DNA of 64,000 nt from Eledone cirrhosa (taxonomy: Eukaryota). The notes below the pieces were generated by a model, which saw only the letters and a list, made by a program, of their open reading frames with translations, was not told the DNA's origin and did no database searches. The DNA lies in contig OZ024754.1 in assembly GCA_964016885.1 (NCBI GenBank), positions 40,672,001 through 40,736,000 on the forward strand, written 5' to 3'. The position numbers were made by a program, and so were the translations under genes. Shown in pieces: positions 41,021 to 53,440 of the stretch (position 1 is its first letter; every line of letters begins with the position of its first letter).

Positions 41021-41542
41021 GCTGGCAGTTGGCCCAGTTATGTCGCAATTAGCCATCATATCTGGTGGCCGTATCGCTATCCGCCACCTGCGACGTTCTC
41101 TACCAGAACAGCTCAGTTGCTAGACACCTTGGTGAACCATTCACCCATTACTGGAGGAAGGGATACTGTGAGTGGTCTCCCTTAGTTTTTTTCACAGATT
41201 AGAGAGAGACTCTAAACTCCAAATGAGTTTTACTATTTTGGCTCACAGGAAGTTGTTTATTTCTATATTGAAAGAGTGTCTTTGGTCCCCAAACTACCTC
41301 CTGACTCTCTGTTGTTGAGATAGTTGGACACTCTTAAATGTTATTGTTTCTTATTTTTTAAATTCCATACAGCACAAGTGTTATAAAATGTAGAATTTCC
41401 ACAGATTTAGCTAGTTCTTATAATTATTTCTATAAATGCTGTGACTCTAGCATTACTTCAATTTATATATACCATACTAATCTTGAATGATCATTCTTAC
41501 AAAACACACGTTTTATATACCTATCTCTTTATTTTGTTTTAG

Positions 41543-41700
41543 ACACATAGCTGGGCATTTGAAAGATTATGCCAACAAACCTGTTGATCAGATGACAGAT
41601 GAAGAAATGGAGTTTTACTACTTTAAACTTCATGATTATGATGATAACAATAAACTCGATGGAAATGAAATTACTTCTGCGATAACTCACGTTCAAAGAG
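41543..41700 (+). CDS. MCFD2: MCFD2-like protein, second coding exon (EF-hand 1)
   Basis: ttttag|A...G|gtaaat with matching phases. Encodes HIAGHLKDYANKPVDQMTDEEMEFYYFKLHDYDDNNKLDGNEITSAITH, matching the MCFD2 motif E-x-x-F-x-Y-F-K-x-H-D-Y-D-x-N-N-x-L-D-G-x-E. Confidence 0.93.
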
Positions 41701-41967
41701 GTAAATATGACGTGTTAGCCAATTCCTATAATAAATGCTCTTTTATTCATTTATTTTGTTAACCCTTTCGTCACAATATTTCTAATAAAAGGCTCTATTT
41801 CAATTAATTAGTAAAGAATTTGGAGGGATTTACTAAAATTGTTACAAATACCTTTTTGATAACTTGAAAATTTTGATTCAAATAGAAACCCCTTTAAAAT
41901 GGGTGGGTGGTTAATCATCTATTCTTAAACCCATTTCATAAAATATATAAAGTTATTTGTTGAGTAT

Positions 41968-42348
41968 GGAGGCACATGGCTCAGTGGTTAGAGCATTGGC
42001 CTTGCAATCGAAAGGTTGTGAGTTCAATTCTCAGACCGGGTGATGTGTTGTTTCCTTGAGCAAGACACTTTATTTCACATTGCTCCAGTTTACTCAGCTG
42101 TAGAAATGAGATGATAGGGACTGGGGTCCCTATCATTCCACTGCAAAGTGGTCGTGGAGGTGCCATGGCAAAAAAGCACCCAGCCCACACTGTAAAGTGG
42201 TCATGTACGTGCCACAGAAAAAAAGCAGCCAGCACTCACTGTAAATGAGGTTGGTGTTAGGAAGGGCATCCAGCTGTAGAAATCAAGCCAGAATCAGTTC
42301 CCGTCCCACCCTTGCAAGCAGGGAAAAGCAAACGTAAAATGATGGTGA
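41968..42348 (+). mobile_element. SINE family B copy, inverted relative to 39577-39980
   Basis: The supplied ORFs 39710..39964(+) and 41981..42235(-) translate almost identically, confirming inverted near-identity. Confidence 0.88.
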
Positions 42349-42769
42349 TGGGGGGTGTATGGTTTAATTATCCCCCCCAATGAGTTGGTTATTTTTATTT
42401 CTAAGACAGTGCTGGAATAAGATTACTTCGTAGGTATATACCAGGCACAGACAACATTTTTCTTAACATGGGCCACGTAGGATGTGGCACATCATCAGGT
42501 GGGCTACACTACTAGAACATTCAACATTCAATTTTGAAATTAAGTGGCCCATTCAGCTTTCTGGATCCCTAAGCAACACCAACCAAGCTCGGAGCCTCTT
42601 CCCAGTTGGTTCTGACATTAAGTGTTCCAGTTGTTAGACCATTAGATAGTATTAGCAACTGGAAAGACCAATGGAAATATTGTTTCCTCGGTCCAATTTG
42701 ACGAAAGTCAATCGTTCCTTTAAAGTTTGTATGTTATTAATCTTTGAAAATCTTGTCTTATTGTTTCAG

Positions 42770-42948
42770 AAGATCACGATACAAATGCAGCAGTGCGAAC
42801 TATGTCAGATGCTGAAATATCTGAAGTCGTTGATATGGTATTAAAAGAAGATGATCTTAATAATGATGGATACGTTGAATACTCAGAGTTTGCGACAGCC
42901 CAACGGAGAGCCAAAGTCAATATGGCCAAAAATGAAGTCCATACATAA
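42770..42948 (+). CDS. MCFD2: MCFD2-like protein, last coding exon (EF-hand 2 and stop)
   Basis: tttcag| acceptor. Encodes MSDAEISEVVDMVLKEDDLNNDGYVEYSEFATAQRRAKVNMAKNEVHT then TAA at 42946-42948; AATAAA near 42998. Spliced CDS is 500+158+179=837 nt (278 aa). Confidence 0.93.
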
Positions 42949-44264
42949 CAGCCCTCATTTAGATTCATCTTACCAAATATTTTGTAAATTAAAAACAAAT
43001 AAAACAATTGTTTCATCTGAAATTGTTTTCTACTTTATTGAATTTCCTTAACCCTTTTAGCATTTAAACTGGCCATATCCAGCCAGAATTCTCTCACCTC
43101 TTTCTGTTCAAACCAGCTGTAGTCTGCTTTATTGAATTTCCTTAACCCTTAATTCTTTAACATTTAAACTGGCTGTATCCAGCCAGAATTCTCTCACCTA
43201 TTTCTGTTCAAACCAGCAGTAACCAATCACTTATACTGATGTTAAGGTATTATTCTCAAAATAAATAATATCAAAATCTCATAGATTCGATATTATGTGA
43301 AGTAAAGAAAGCCTCTTCTGAGAAAATACAATAGTCCATATAGAGTAATGGAAATGGTAAAGGGTTAAATAAATCAATATTCTACAGCAAGCTGGTGAAT
43401 TCAACCTCACACCCAGGCCAAGAATCTGTTACCCAACAAGCAGAAGAATGTAAGCTGTTTAAAGTACTGGAAACATCTGGTGTCATGGGTTTTCCCCTGA
43501 ACCTACTTAGTGCAATAGGTACAGAGGTGATCATCTGTAAGAACGACTTCTCAGCATCAGCACCTCTCCTTTGTTATCCTCAGAAGAAATACACTACAAA
43601 TTCTGTCTACTATACACCACTAAGCAACATCCACAAAGGATATGAGATGATAATGTTATTAACCCTTTAACATTTAAAACGGCTGTACCTGGCCAGAGTT
43701 TTCTAACCTCTTTCTGTTTAAACTGACTAACCAGCTGCTCATATTTATGTTATTGTTCTCAAAATAAATAATATCAAAATCTCATAGATTTGATATGCGA
43801 GATAAAATGTTTACCATGAAAATATAATAGTAAATATAGAGTAATGTAAAGGTTAAAGGATTAAATAAATCAATAACTATTACTAGTTGTACAATCCTTC
43901 GTGTCGATTTAGAAAATACCTCTACACAAAAGTAAGTGAAAATCAATGAACTTTCTGTACAAATATAACACAAATTGAGGAGTTTTTTTGGGGGGGTTTT
44001 ATTTACTTCCAAGCTGGTAAAGAATTTGTTGAAGAGATACAAGACCAACACCACCAACATTGAAGGAGATGTACCAATGTGAGTAAATTCTTCACTCAGC
44101 CAATAATGAAATACTTTCATGTCCATTATTATAACAAAAACAATTCTATTGAAATAGTCTTGCTTCCTTTTTTAAGTTACCAATAGCAACAATGTTTTTG
44201 TTTTTGTTTGTTTTTCTTTTCCCATTTCTTATCTGTCATGTATAGATTAGTGACAACAGGAGAG

Positions 44265-44735
44265 AGAGAGGAAGGTGTCAGTATGAATATATTAGTGACA
44301 CATTGAGGGAGGGAGAGAGAGGTGTCAGTATAAATACAGCAATGACACAGAGGGGGAGGGAGAGAAGTGTCAGTATAAATACAGCAATGACACAGAGGGG
44401 GGGGGGAGGTGTCAGTATGAATACATCAATGACACAGAGAGGGGGAGGGAGAGGTGTCAGTATAAATACATCAATGACATACAGGGAGAGAGAGGTGTCA
44501 GTATAAATACAGCAATAACAGGGGGAGGGAGAGAGAGGTGTCAGTATAAATACAGCAATGACACAGAGGGGGAGGGAGAGAGAAGTGTCAGTATGAATAC
44601 ATCAATGACACATTGGGAGAGGGGTGTCAGTATAAATACATCAATGGCACACTGAGAGGGGGAGGGAGAGAGGTGTCAGTATAAATACATCACTGACACA
44701 GAGAGAGGGGGAAGGGAGAAAGAGACAGAGAGAGG
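44265..44735. repeat. About 42-bp purine-rich minisatellite in the probable BRMS1-like 3' UTR
   Basis: Unit gaggtgtcagtataaatacagcaatgacacagagggg. Confidence 0.85.
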
Positions 44736-44947
44736 TATATTTCATGATAACAAAATAGATATTTCAATGAAGATGAGATTTGTCCATGAATGAATCAAAA
44801 TACTACAACTATCAGGGGAGAGAGAAAGAGAAAGAAAGATTAAAGTGTTCCAGCTGACAGTAATAGTATTTGGTCTCAGTCACAAAGTTCCGAAATCACG
44901 GAGATCACAGAGATTCCAGGAAAGTTCCCACTAACAATTTACCAGAG

Positions 44948-44952
44948 TCAAA
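44948..44952 (-). CDS. BRMS1L: BRMS1-like protein exon 9 coding part (final Phe and TGA; the rest is 3' UTR)
   Basis: Strong polypyrimidine acceptor ttttctttttcttcttcatttcag|TT TGA completes the phase-1 codon. Total CDS 690 nt (229 aa). Confidence 0.6.
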
Positions 44953-45856
44953 CTGAAATGAAGAAGAAAAAGAAAACGTTAATTAATTCAACTAATTAGA
45001 AGATTTCTTAAAGTACATTAACTGTATATATTCGAATATAAGACCCCCTCCCCACTAATGTCTGAGAAATGGGCAACACCCAAATCTTGTTTATAAGCTG
45101 AAGCAGATAATCAACACATATTTAGATGGCAAATATAAGCTGAACCTCCATTGAGTTTTTGGTCACACATTCCTTGGCTTATATTTGGTAGGGAGAGCTC
45201 TTGCTTGCATGGATTAAACAGGCTGTCGACTACTGAGACCAAACTGGTTGATGACCACATCCAACTCGTGTATATATATATATGTATGTATATGGATATA
45301 TATTTATATATATGTAATGACATCGACAGTCGATCGACTTTCATCAAATCGGACCGAGGAAACAATGTTTCCATTGTTCTTTCCAATTGCTAATACTATC
45401 TATCGGTCGCAACTCCAGATAGAAGGAGCAATGTGAAATAAAGTGTCTTGCTCAAGGACATAACGCATCGTCCAGTCTGGGAATCGAACTCATAACCTCA
45501 CGATTGTGAATTCAATTCTCTAACCACTCAGCCACACGCCTTCACTTATGTATATATATATATATATGCATGGAAAACAGACATTAAACAATGATGATGA
45601 TGATGATGCAGGCATAACTGAGTGATTATGAAGTTTGCTTCGCAATGCACCCAGTACACTCTGTAAAGTGGTTGGTGTTAGGAAGGACATCCTGCCAAAG
45701 AAATGCTGGTTCAGACTTACTGCAGAGCATCTTAGGAAAATGTTTTGACCAGTGTGTATAGAGATGTCAACATGAATGGACCTGTTATTTTATCTAAAGA
45801 CGTTTTTTCCAATTCCATCCCGCCTGTGCCTTCAATCTATCTTATTTCTCATTCTT

Positions 45857-45892
45857 TCTTCTGATAAAGGACTAGCGTCCGAAATGTTAAGA
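45857..45892 (+). ncRNA. Degenerate minimal hammerhead
   Basis: tctt-CTGATAA-a ggac tagc gtcc-GAAA-tg-TT-aaga. G8A is uncompensated. Confidence 0.55.
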
Positions 45893-46026
45893 CCCTCTCC
45901 CTCTATTTCAAGTGTTAACCTAATATATTCCTTCCATATACTGTACCAATTGTATTGTTATTCCTGTTTACCTTTTACATATATCTATATATCTATACAT
46001 ATATATATATACGCCTTCACTATATA

Positions 46027-46107
<81 letters not shown>

Positions 46108-46109
46108 AA

Positions 46110-46162
46110 TGGCTTCTATAGGACTAGAACTGTTTCATTCAGGAGAAATCATCAGGAAGCCA
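46110..46162 (-). ncRNA. Type I hammerhead motif (ggcttc family) in the last BRMS1-like intron, sense orientation
   Basis: Minus strand: tggcttc-CTGATGA-tttc tcct gaat-GAAA-cag ttctagtc cta-TA-gaagcca. Partial or degenerate copies of this family at about 7296-7345, 7980-8025 and 36029-36110. Confidence 0.72.
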
Positions 46163-46245
46163 ACGGTCCAAGTAATAATGTTGGTATTTATACCTTTTCT
46201 GGTGGTAGGAAAGGGTGGTGATTGGTATGGGTGGAGGTCATTGGT

Positions 46246-46290
<45 letters not shown>

Positions 46291-46416
46291 CACACACACA
46301 CCGTTATTGTGATTTAATATATATAGTTGATATTTGTTTTAAGTACTACCACAGATTAATAGAATTTGAGTTATGAAAAATATTGAAATTAAAATATTTT
46401 GAGAAGAGTTACTTAC

Positions 46417-46453
46417 ATTCAGACTTTCTTTTTTGGCTTTGTTGTTTTAGTGC
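46417..46453 (-). CDS. BRMS1L: BRMS1-like protein exon 8
   Basis: ttctag|GCACTAAAA...GAAT|gtaagt, 37 nt. ALKQQSQKRKSE resembles the BRMS1 C-terminal QKRKS segment. Confidence 0.75.
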
Positions 46454-46654
46454 CTAGAAATAAATAAGAACATTATATTAACCACTAAATCCTGACAAAC
46501 TGAGAAAAAATTTAACCCTTCACCATTTAAACCGGCTGCATCTGGCCAGAAGTCTCTCACCTCTTTCGGTTCAAACTGGCTGTAACCAGCCACGCATACT
46601 GATGTTAAAGTATTGTTCTTAAATTAAATAATATAAAAATCTCATAGATTCAAT

Positions 46655-47375
46655 GTTATGTGAGATAAAACCTTTACCATGAAATACAATAGAATATATA
46701 GGTAGTGTAAATATTATGTGAGATAAAACCTTTACCATGAAAATACAATAGAATATATAGGGTAGTGTAAATATTATGTGAGATAAAACCTTTACCATGA
46801 AAATACAATAGAATATATAGGGTAGTGTAAATATTATGTGAGATAAAGCCTTTACCATGAAAATACAATAGTATATATAGAGTAATGTAAATATTATGTG
46901 AGATAAAACCTTTACCATGAAAATACAATAGAATATATAGGGTAGTGTAAATATTATGTGACATAAAGCCTTTACCATGAAAATACAATAGTATATATAG
47001 AGTAATGTAAATATTATGTGAGATAAAACCTTTACCATGAAAATACAATAGAATATATAGGGTAGTGTAAATATTATGTGAGATAAAGCCTTTACCATGA
47101 AAATACAATAGTATATATAGAGTAATGTAAATATTATGTGAGATAAAACCTTTACCATGAAAATACAATAGAATATATAGGGTAGTGTAAATATTATGTG
47201 ACATAAAGCCTTTACCATGAAAATACAATAGTATATATAGAGTAATGTAAATATTATGTGAGATAAAACCTTTACCATGAAAATACAATAGAATATATAG
47301 GGTAGTGTAAATATTATGTGAGATAAAGCCTTTACCATGAAAATACAATAGTATATATAGAGTAATGTAAATGGT
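46655..47375. repeat. 60-bp tandem repeat (about 12 copies) inside a piggyBac-like MITE
   Basis: Line-periodic at 60 nt with alternating variants. Confidence 0.95.
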
Positions 47376-48279
47376 AACGGGTTAATACTTATTTATGTAG
47401 GTTTGAATGCTATTAAGACATGGCTTGGTAGTTGAGAAGTCCTCAACCACAAAGTTTCAGGCTATATCCCGCAGTGTGACACCCTGGATGTCTTTTATTC
47501 AGGCTATATCCCACAGTGTGACAAATAATAGCTCAAAAGAATGTTATTTCACTTCTGACCAACTAAAGATGAACAAAAATGAGTTGCAATGTCATGGGTG
47601 CCAAGCTATACATAGTGTATATATATAGTATATATAATGGAGGCACATGGCTTAGTGGTTAGAGCATTGGCCTTGCAATTGAAAGGTTGTGAGTTCAATT
47701 CTCAGACCGGGTGATGTGTTGTTTCGTTGAGCAAGACACTTTATTTCACATTGCTCCAGTTTACTCGGCTGTAGAAATGAGATGATGGGGACTGGGGTCC
47801 CTATCATTCCATTGTAAAAGTGGACGTGTAGGCGCGCCACAGCAAAAAAGCACCCAGCACTCACTTTAAATGAGGTTGGTGTTAGGAAGGGCATCCAGCT
47901 GTAGAAATCAAGCCAGAATCAGTTCCCGTCCCACCCTTGCAAGCAGACGTATGATGATGATGATATATTGTAATGTCCCTGGTGCCAAGTTGTATTGGTA
48001 TTAAACAACACCAGTGGCATGGAGAGAGGAGACCAGAATACATGGGCGACTACTGGTCTTCCACAAACAACCTAGCCCAGACTTGTACCTCGGAAGGGAA
48101 CTTTCTAGGTACAAATCCCATGGTTATCCGTGACCAAAGTGGGCGAGGGGAGTCTTTACTCTTTACCCTTACATGAAATCAATATTGAATAAATGTTTTA
48201 TTTAATATTTTTTTTATTCATCATCATCGTCAACATTTTACGTTTGCTTTTCCCTGCTTGCAAGAGTGGGATGGGTCCT

Positions 48280-48565
48280 ATTCAGCACAGCATCTATCCA
48301 TTTGTCACAGTCCTTTGTCGTCTCCTCCGTGAGCTTCAGCAATCTGAGGTCTGCTCTCACCACCTCCGCTCATGTTTTCCGTGGTCTTCCTCTACTGCGT
48401 CTTCCTTCTACTGGCATTTCTTGGCACTTCTTTACCCAACAGTCATCCTCCATGCGCACCACATGTCCATACCAACGCAGTCTTCTCTCCCGCACACTAC
48501 AGCCTATCCCTCTTATACACAGTTTCTCTCTCAACTCGTCTATGCTTGGTCGTTCATGCACATAG
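48280..48565 (-). mobile_element. RTE-clade LINE 3' fragment
   Basis: ELREKLCIRGIGCSVRERRLRWYGHVVRMEDDCWVKKCQEMPVEGRRSRGRPRKT contains the RLRWYGHV and GRRxRGRP motifs. Confidence 0.85.
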
Positions 48566-48843
48566 TGGTTGGTGTTGGGAAGGGCATCTAGCTGTAAAAA
48601 CCACAGACAAATTTACAGTCTCACTGGAGCAAGGTACGATGTGGCCAATTCTGGTCATATTTGTCTCTTGACGTGGACGACCCGTCTAACCCATGCAAGC
48701 TTGGAAAATGGACATTAAACGGTGATGATGATGATGATGATGATTGATAAAATCAATTTATTCCAGTGAAGTTTCAACAAAATATCAACCAGAGCCATAT
48801 TTTTCACAGAGAAATATTTACAGAAAGAGGGAGAAAATCTTAC

Positions 48844-48908
48844 TTTCTTTATATGTGTCCAGTCTTCAATAATATCAACATCTCGTAACATATAAACAAT
48901 GTATGGAC
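48844..48908 (-). CDS. BRMS1L: BRMS1-like protein exon 7
   Basis: ttccag|...AAA|gtaaga, 65 nt. GPYIVYMLRDVDIIEDWTHIKK, the hallmark GPYIVYML...EDW motif of the family. Confidence 0.94.
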
Positions 48909-49203
48909 CTGGAAGAAGAAGAAGTAATTTAAACACTCATTTGACACAGAAATTGTACATTAACGTCCTGTAGCGCAACAAACCACATTAGCTAGACATT
49001 CTGGAAAAGTAGAAAGCAGCACTAGGACATTATATAATTCAAGTTATTTAATTTAGTTTATATTTTCACAACAAACTGTCTCCCGGTAAAGATACTATAA
49101 ACATTTGAATCAACAAACATGTTAAGGATATTTTCTGCTAAATCATTACGAGATGTTAAGAGTGAAATTATCAATAGAAAAACAAATAAAAGATACATTA
49201 AGT

Positions 49204-49460
49204 AGGCCCCTAACATCATGGAACAACAGAATTATACCAACCAGTTACTGTTAGAGGTCCCTAACATCATGGAACAACAGAATTATACCAACCAGTTACT
49301 GTTAGAGGCCCCTAACATCATGGAACAACAGAATTATACCAACCAGTTACTGTTAGAGGTCCCTAACATCATGGAACAACAGAATTATACCAACCAGTTA
49401 CTGTTAGAGGTCCCTAACATCATGGAACAACAGAATTATACGTACCAGTTACTGTTACAG
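49204..49460. repeat. 51-bp tandem repeat (about 5 copies) overlapping the BRMS1-like exon 6 donor
   Basis: 17-aa periodic ORF MEQQNYTNQLLLEVPNI. Confidence 0.92.
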
Positions 49461-49538
49461 GTTTCCGGCGCCTCTCAGGGTTCAGTGAGTCTTGTTTCTT
49501 TTTGCCTCGTCGGAGGCTTTGGCTCTCATTCCACAAAT
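49446..49538 (-). CDS. BRMS1L: BRMS1-like protein exon 6 (basic NLS-like segment)
   Basis: ttttag|...CTG|gtacgt, 93 nt. DLWNESQSLRRGKKKQDSLNPERRRKPVTVT. Confidence 0.9.
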
Positions 49539-49577
49539 CTAAAAATAGCAAAGAGAAAAAATAATATAGAGAAGCAC

Positions 49578-50165
49578 TCAGTCCACACTGTAAAGTGGTT
49601 GGTGTTAGGAAGGGCACCCAGCTATAGAAACCATGCCCCCAGTCCACACTGTAAAGTGGTTGGTGTTCAGAAGGGCACCCAGCTATAGAAACCATGCCCC
49701 CAGTCCACACTGTAAAGTGGTTGGTATTAGGAAGGGCACCCAACTATAGAAACCATCCTCCCCAGTCCACACTGTAAAGTGGTTGGTGTTAGGAAGGGCA
49801 CCCAGCTATAGAAACCATGCCCCCAGTCCACACTGTAAAGTGGTTGGTGTTAAGAAGGGCACCCAGCTATAGAAACCATGCCCCCAGTCCACACTGTAAA
49901 GTGGTTGGTGTTCAGAAGGGCACCCAACTATAGAAACCATGCCCCCAGTCCACACTGTAAAGTGGTTGGTGTTCAGAAGGGCACCCAGCTATAGAAACCA
50001 TGCCCCCAGTCCACACTGTAAAGTGGTTGGTGTTCAGAAGGGCACCCAGCTATAGAAACCATCCTCCCAGTCCACACTGTAAAGTGGTTGGTGTTCAGAA
50101 GGGCACCCAGCTATAGAAACCATGCCCCCGGTCCACAGTGAAGTGGTTGGTGTTAGGAAGGACAA
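49578..50165. repeat. 61-bp tandem repeat derived from the SINE/RTE tail
   Basis: Unit cagtccacactgtaaagtggttggtgttaggaagggcacccagctatagaaaccatgccc, about 9.5 copies. Confidence 0.92.
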
Positions 50166-50888
50166 CCAAACCAAACCAAACCAAACCAAAATACAGATCC
50201 GTATGAGTAAGACATTGTCACTGGATCTGACTTGTATAACGTGATAACCTGTCTAACCCATGCACACATCGAAAATGGACATTAAACAATGATGATGATG
50301 ATGATGATCATCATCATCATCATCACGTGGCCAACCTTTTTTTGTCTCAATTGCTCCCTGGCAACATTTCTGAAGTAAATTTACCACCCACCCTGATCAA
50401 TACTTTGAGTATAATACAAAAAAAAAAAATTCAATTAATTTAAATACTATTTATAACAATATTATTTTTAGATTCAAATAATCCTTTGTAATATTGGCTT
50501 AAGGCTACTTGGGAGAAGGGGAAAGTTGATTATATCAACTCCAGTATTTAACTGGTACTTTATTCTACAAACTCAGGAAGTTATGAAAGGCAAAGTTGAC
50601 CTCGGCAGGATTTGAACTCAGAATGTAGAAAGCCATAATTAAATACCACAACAGTAATTAGTCCGATGCTCTACCGATTCTGCCAACCCACTGTCGTTTT
50701 AGATTCAAATAACAATAGCAGAAAACGATGTTATTTCACTTATGACCAACTAAAGATGAACAGATAACAGTACAATAGTGAGAGAAGTATAAAATACAGA
50801 TTGAAAGCAGAGACTCTACAAGACTTTTGGTTTCTTTCATGCCAGACACATATTTGAGTATATGGTATCTTTAAAAGTATATATTCAC

Positions 50889-50985
50889 CTGAAGAGATAT
50901 CAATATTGTGTCGATCTTCTTCTAATCTTCGTATTCTGTCTTCAAGTTCCTGTTTTACCGTATCAAACAATATAATTTTGTCACT
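50889..50985 (-). CDS. BRMS1L: BRMS1-like protein exon 5
   Basis: ttccag|...CAG|gtgaat, 97 nt. [32 protein letters not shown]. Confidence 0.93.
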
Positions 50986-52241
50986 CTGGAAAACAAGGGA
51001 AAAAGAAAAACAGAGAGTCTAACCCTTTAGCATTTACATTATTCTATATATATGCTATTGTATTTTCAGGAAACGTTTTATTTCACATAATATCGAATCA
51101 TCAGTATGAGTGACTAGTTACAGACATTATGAACAGAAAGAGGTGAGAGAATTCTGGCTGGATATGGCTGGTTTAAATGCTTTGATCAGTACTAGAAGCA
51201 ATGCTTAATGTTTAACAATCTGTAAAGTAGATGGTGTTAGGAAGGGAATTCAGCTGTAGTCCTTGTACCAAACAAAGGGCCAAGAGGACTCTCAATTGTG
51301 TTAAGGACATGACAACCTCCCTAGTGTTGGTGGCACAATCTTTTTGATACTAAACTCTGTCAGTTGCAGACTGCGCATCAACATGTGCTATCTCTCTCCA
51401 CAAAGTTCCATCACCAGCAGCAGAGATCAAGTCCAGTCCATAAGTTGACATTATCAAGCCATCGTTTTGGCTGCCAGCTTCTGCTTCTCTTACCAGCCAA
51501 CCTTCTTTCCAGGTATAACCTGCTCACACCATGAGTTGATCTTTTTATATGGCTGTATAGTTTGAGTACTCTTGACTTGACAATTTATGTAATTGGTCTA
51601 AGTTTGGTAATGTTGAGCAGCTCACTGATACAGATATGGTCGCTGAGACACTTACCAGTCATAAGTCTCATGATGTGGCACAATAAATACACCAAATACA
51701 TTCTGTAAAATACTTGTTAGGAAGCGATTTCAGCTGTAGCCCCTGTGCCAAACAAAAGGCTGAGATGGTTCAGAGCATCAATACCAAAGAAAGGGCCAAG
51801 ACTCTCCAGTTAAGGCCATCACAACCTCCATATTGTTGGTGGTACAAAAAATACACCCAGTACATTTGGTAAAGTTAAAGTGGTTGGTGAAAGGAAAGGC
51901 ATCCAGCTATATAGCATCCACGTCAAATAAAGGGTTGAGGAGGTTGAGAGGACCCTTCAGTCAAGGACATGACAACCTCATTAGTGTTGGTGCCAGGATA
52001 AAATGCACCCAGTACACTCTGTAACGAGGCTGGTGTTAGGAAGGACAGATAACTAGAAACCACACCAAAACTAGAACACATATATGCAAGATGTGTGTGG
52101 TGTGTGTGTCCAGGCTGATCTAGAATGACAGTAACCCTGATTAAGTACAGACTTGGTCTGTCCGTGACAACTTGTCCAACCCATGCTAGTATAGAAAAAC
52201 AAACATGATATGATAGTGATGATAATATAAACAATATTTAC

Positions 52242-52321
52242 TTCCATGTTCTGTCTTGCAGCCACTTCTTCACTTTCAAATTTACACTGGATTGACTGCA
52301 GTCGGAGTTCCTTTAAAATAC
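52242..52321 (-). CDS. BRMS1L: BRMS1-like protein exon 4
   Basis: catcag|...GAA|gtaaat, 80 nt. GILKELRLQSIQCKFESEEVAARQNME. Confidence 0.92.
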
Positions 52322-52744
52322 CTGATGGAAAGGAAAGACAATTTCATTAAAACCAGTAAAAATTGAAACTAAGGGGAAAATATATTGTAGGGTTCAGAGG
52401 ATTCTTCAGTCCAATTGAAGACACAAATTCCCCCCAATAACATGCACCCAGTACACTCTGTAAAGTGTTTTGGATTGGGTGGGACATCCAGATATAGAAA
52501 TAATTGTTTCTACTTTTGGCACAAGGCCAGCAAATACCCAGTACATTACTAGTATTTATTTCATCGACCCCGCAAGGATGAAAGGCAAAGTTAACCTTGG
52601 CTGAATTTGAACTCAGAATGGAAAGGGCCGTAACCCTTTGCGTCAAAGCATAGCGTCCGACCCTCTACCGATACTGCCAATCCCCTACCAGATATAGAAA
52701 TAATGCCAAAAATGAAATGCATGAGTGAGATGTGGTCCTCTAAC

Positions 52745-53440
52745 ATATCTAGGAGGGAAGTAACTTTAAATAAGAACTGTCCTGGACTAGGACAACTAGT
52801 CCAACCCATGCCAACCTATCTAGGAGGGAGTAACTTTAAATAAGAAATCTTGGACTAGGACAACTAGTCCAGCCCATGCTAACCTATCTAGGAGGGAAGT
52901 AACTTTAAATAAGAACTGTCTTGGACTAGGACAACTAGTCCAACCCATGCTAACCTATCTAGGAGGGAGTAACTTTAAATAAGAAATCTTGGACTAGGAC
53001 AACTAGTCCAGCCCATGCTAACCTATCTAGGAGGGAAGTAACTTTAAATAAGAACTGTCCTGGACTAGGACAACTAGTCCAACCCATGCCAACCTATCTA
53101 GGAGGGAGTAACTTTAAATAAGAAATCTTGGACTAGGACAACTAGTCCAGCCCATGCTAACCTATCTAGGAGGGAAGTAACTTTAAATAAGAACTGTCTT
53201 GGACTAGGACAACTAGTCCAACCCATGCTAACCTATCTAGGAGGGAGTAACTTTAAATAAGAACTGTCCTGGACTAGGACAACTAGTCCAACCCATGCTA
53301 ACTTATCTAGGATGGAGTAACTTTAAATAAGAACTGTCTTGGACTAGGACAACTAGTCCAACCCATGCCAACCTATCTAGGAGGGAAGTTACTTTAAATA
53401 AGGTCTTGGACCAGGACAACTAGTTTAGCCCATGTCAACA
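52745..53440. repeat. About 70-bp tandem repeat, about 10 copies
   Basis: Unit atctaggagggaagtaactttaaataagaactgtcttggactaggacaactagtccaacccatgctaacct. Confidence 0.92.

Noticed and set aside
46619-47348. Longest supplied ORFs (239 and 224 aa) and the 157-aa ORF at 24617
   Set aside because: Open only because a stop-free repeat unit with length divisible by 3 is tandemly amplified; no splice or domain support.
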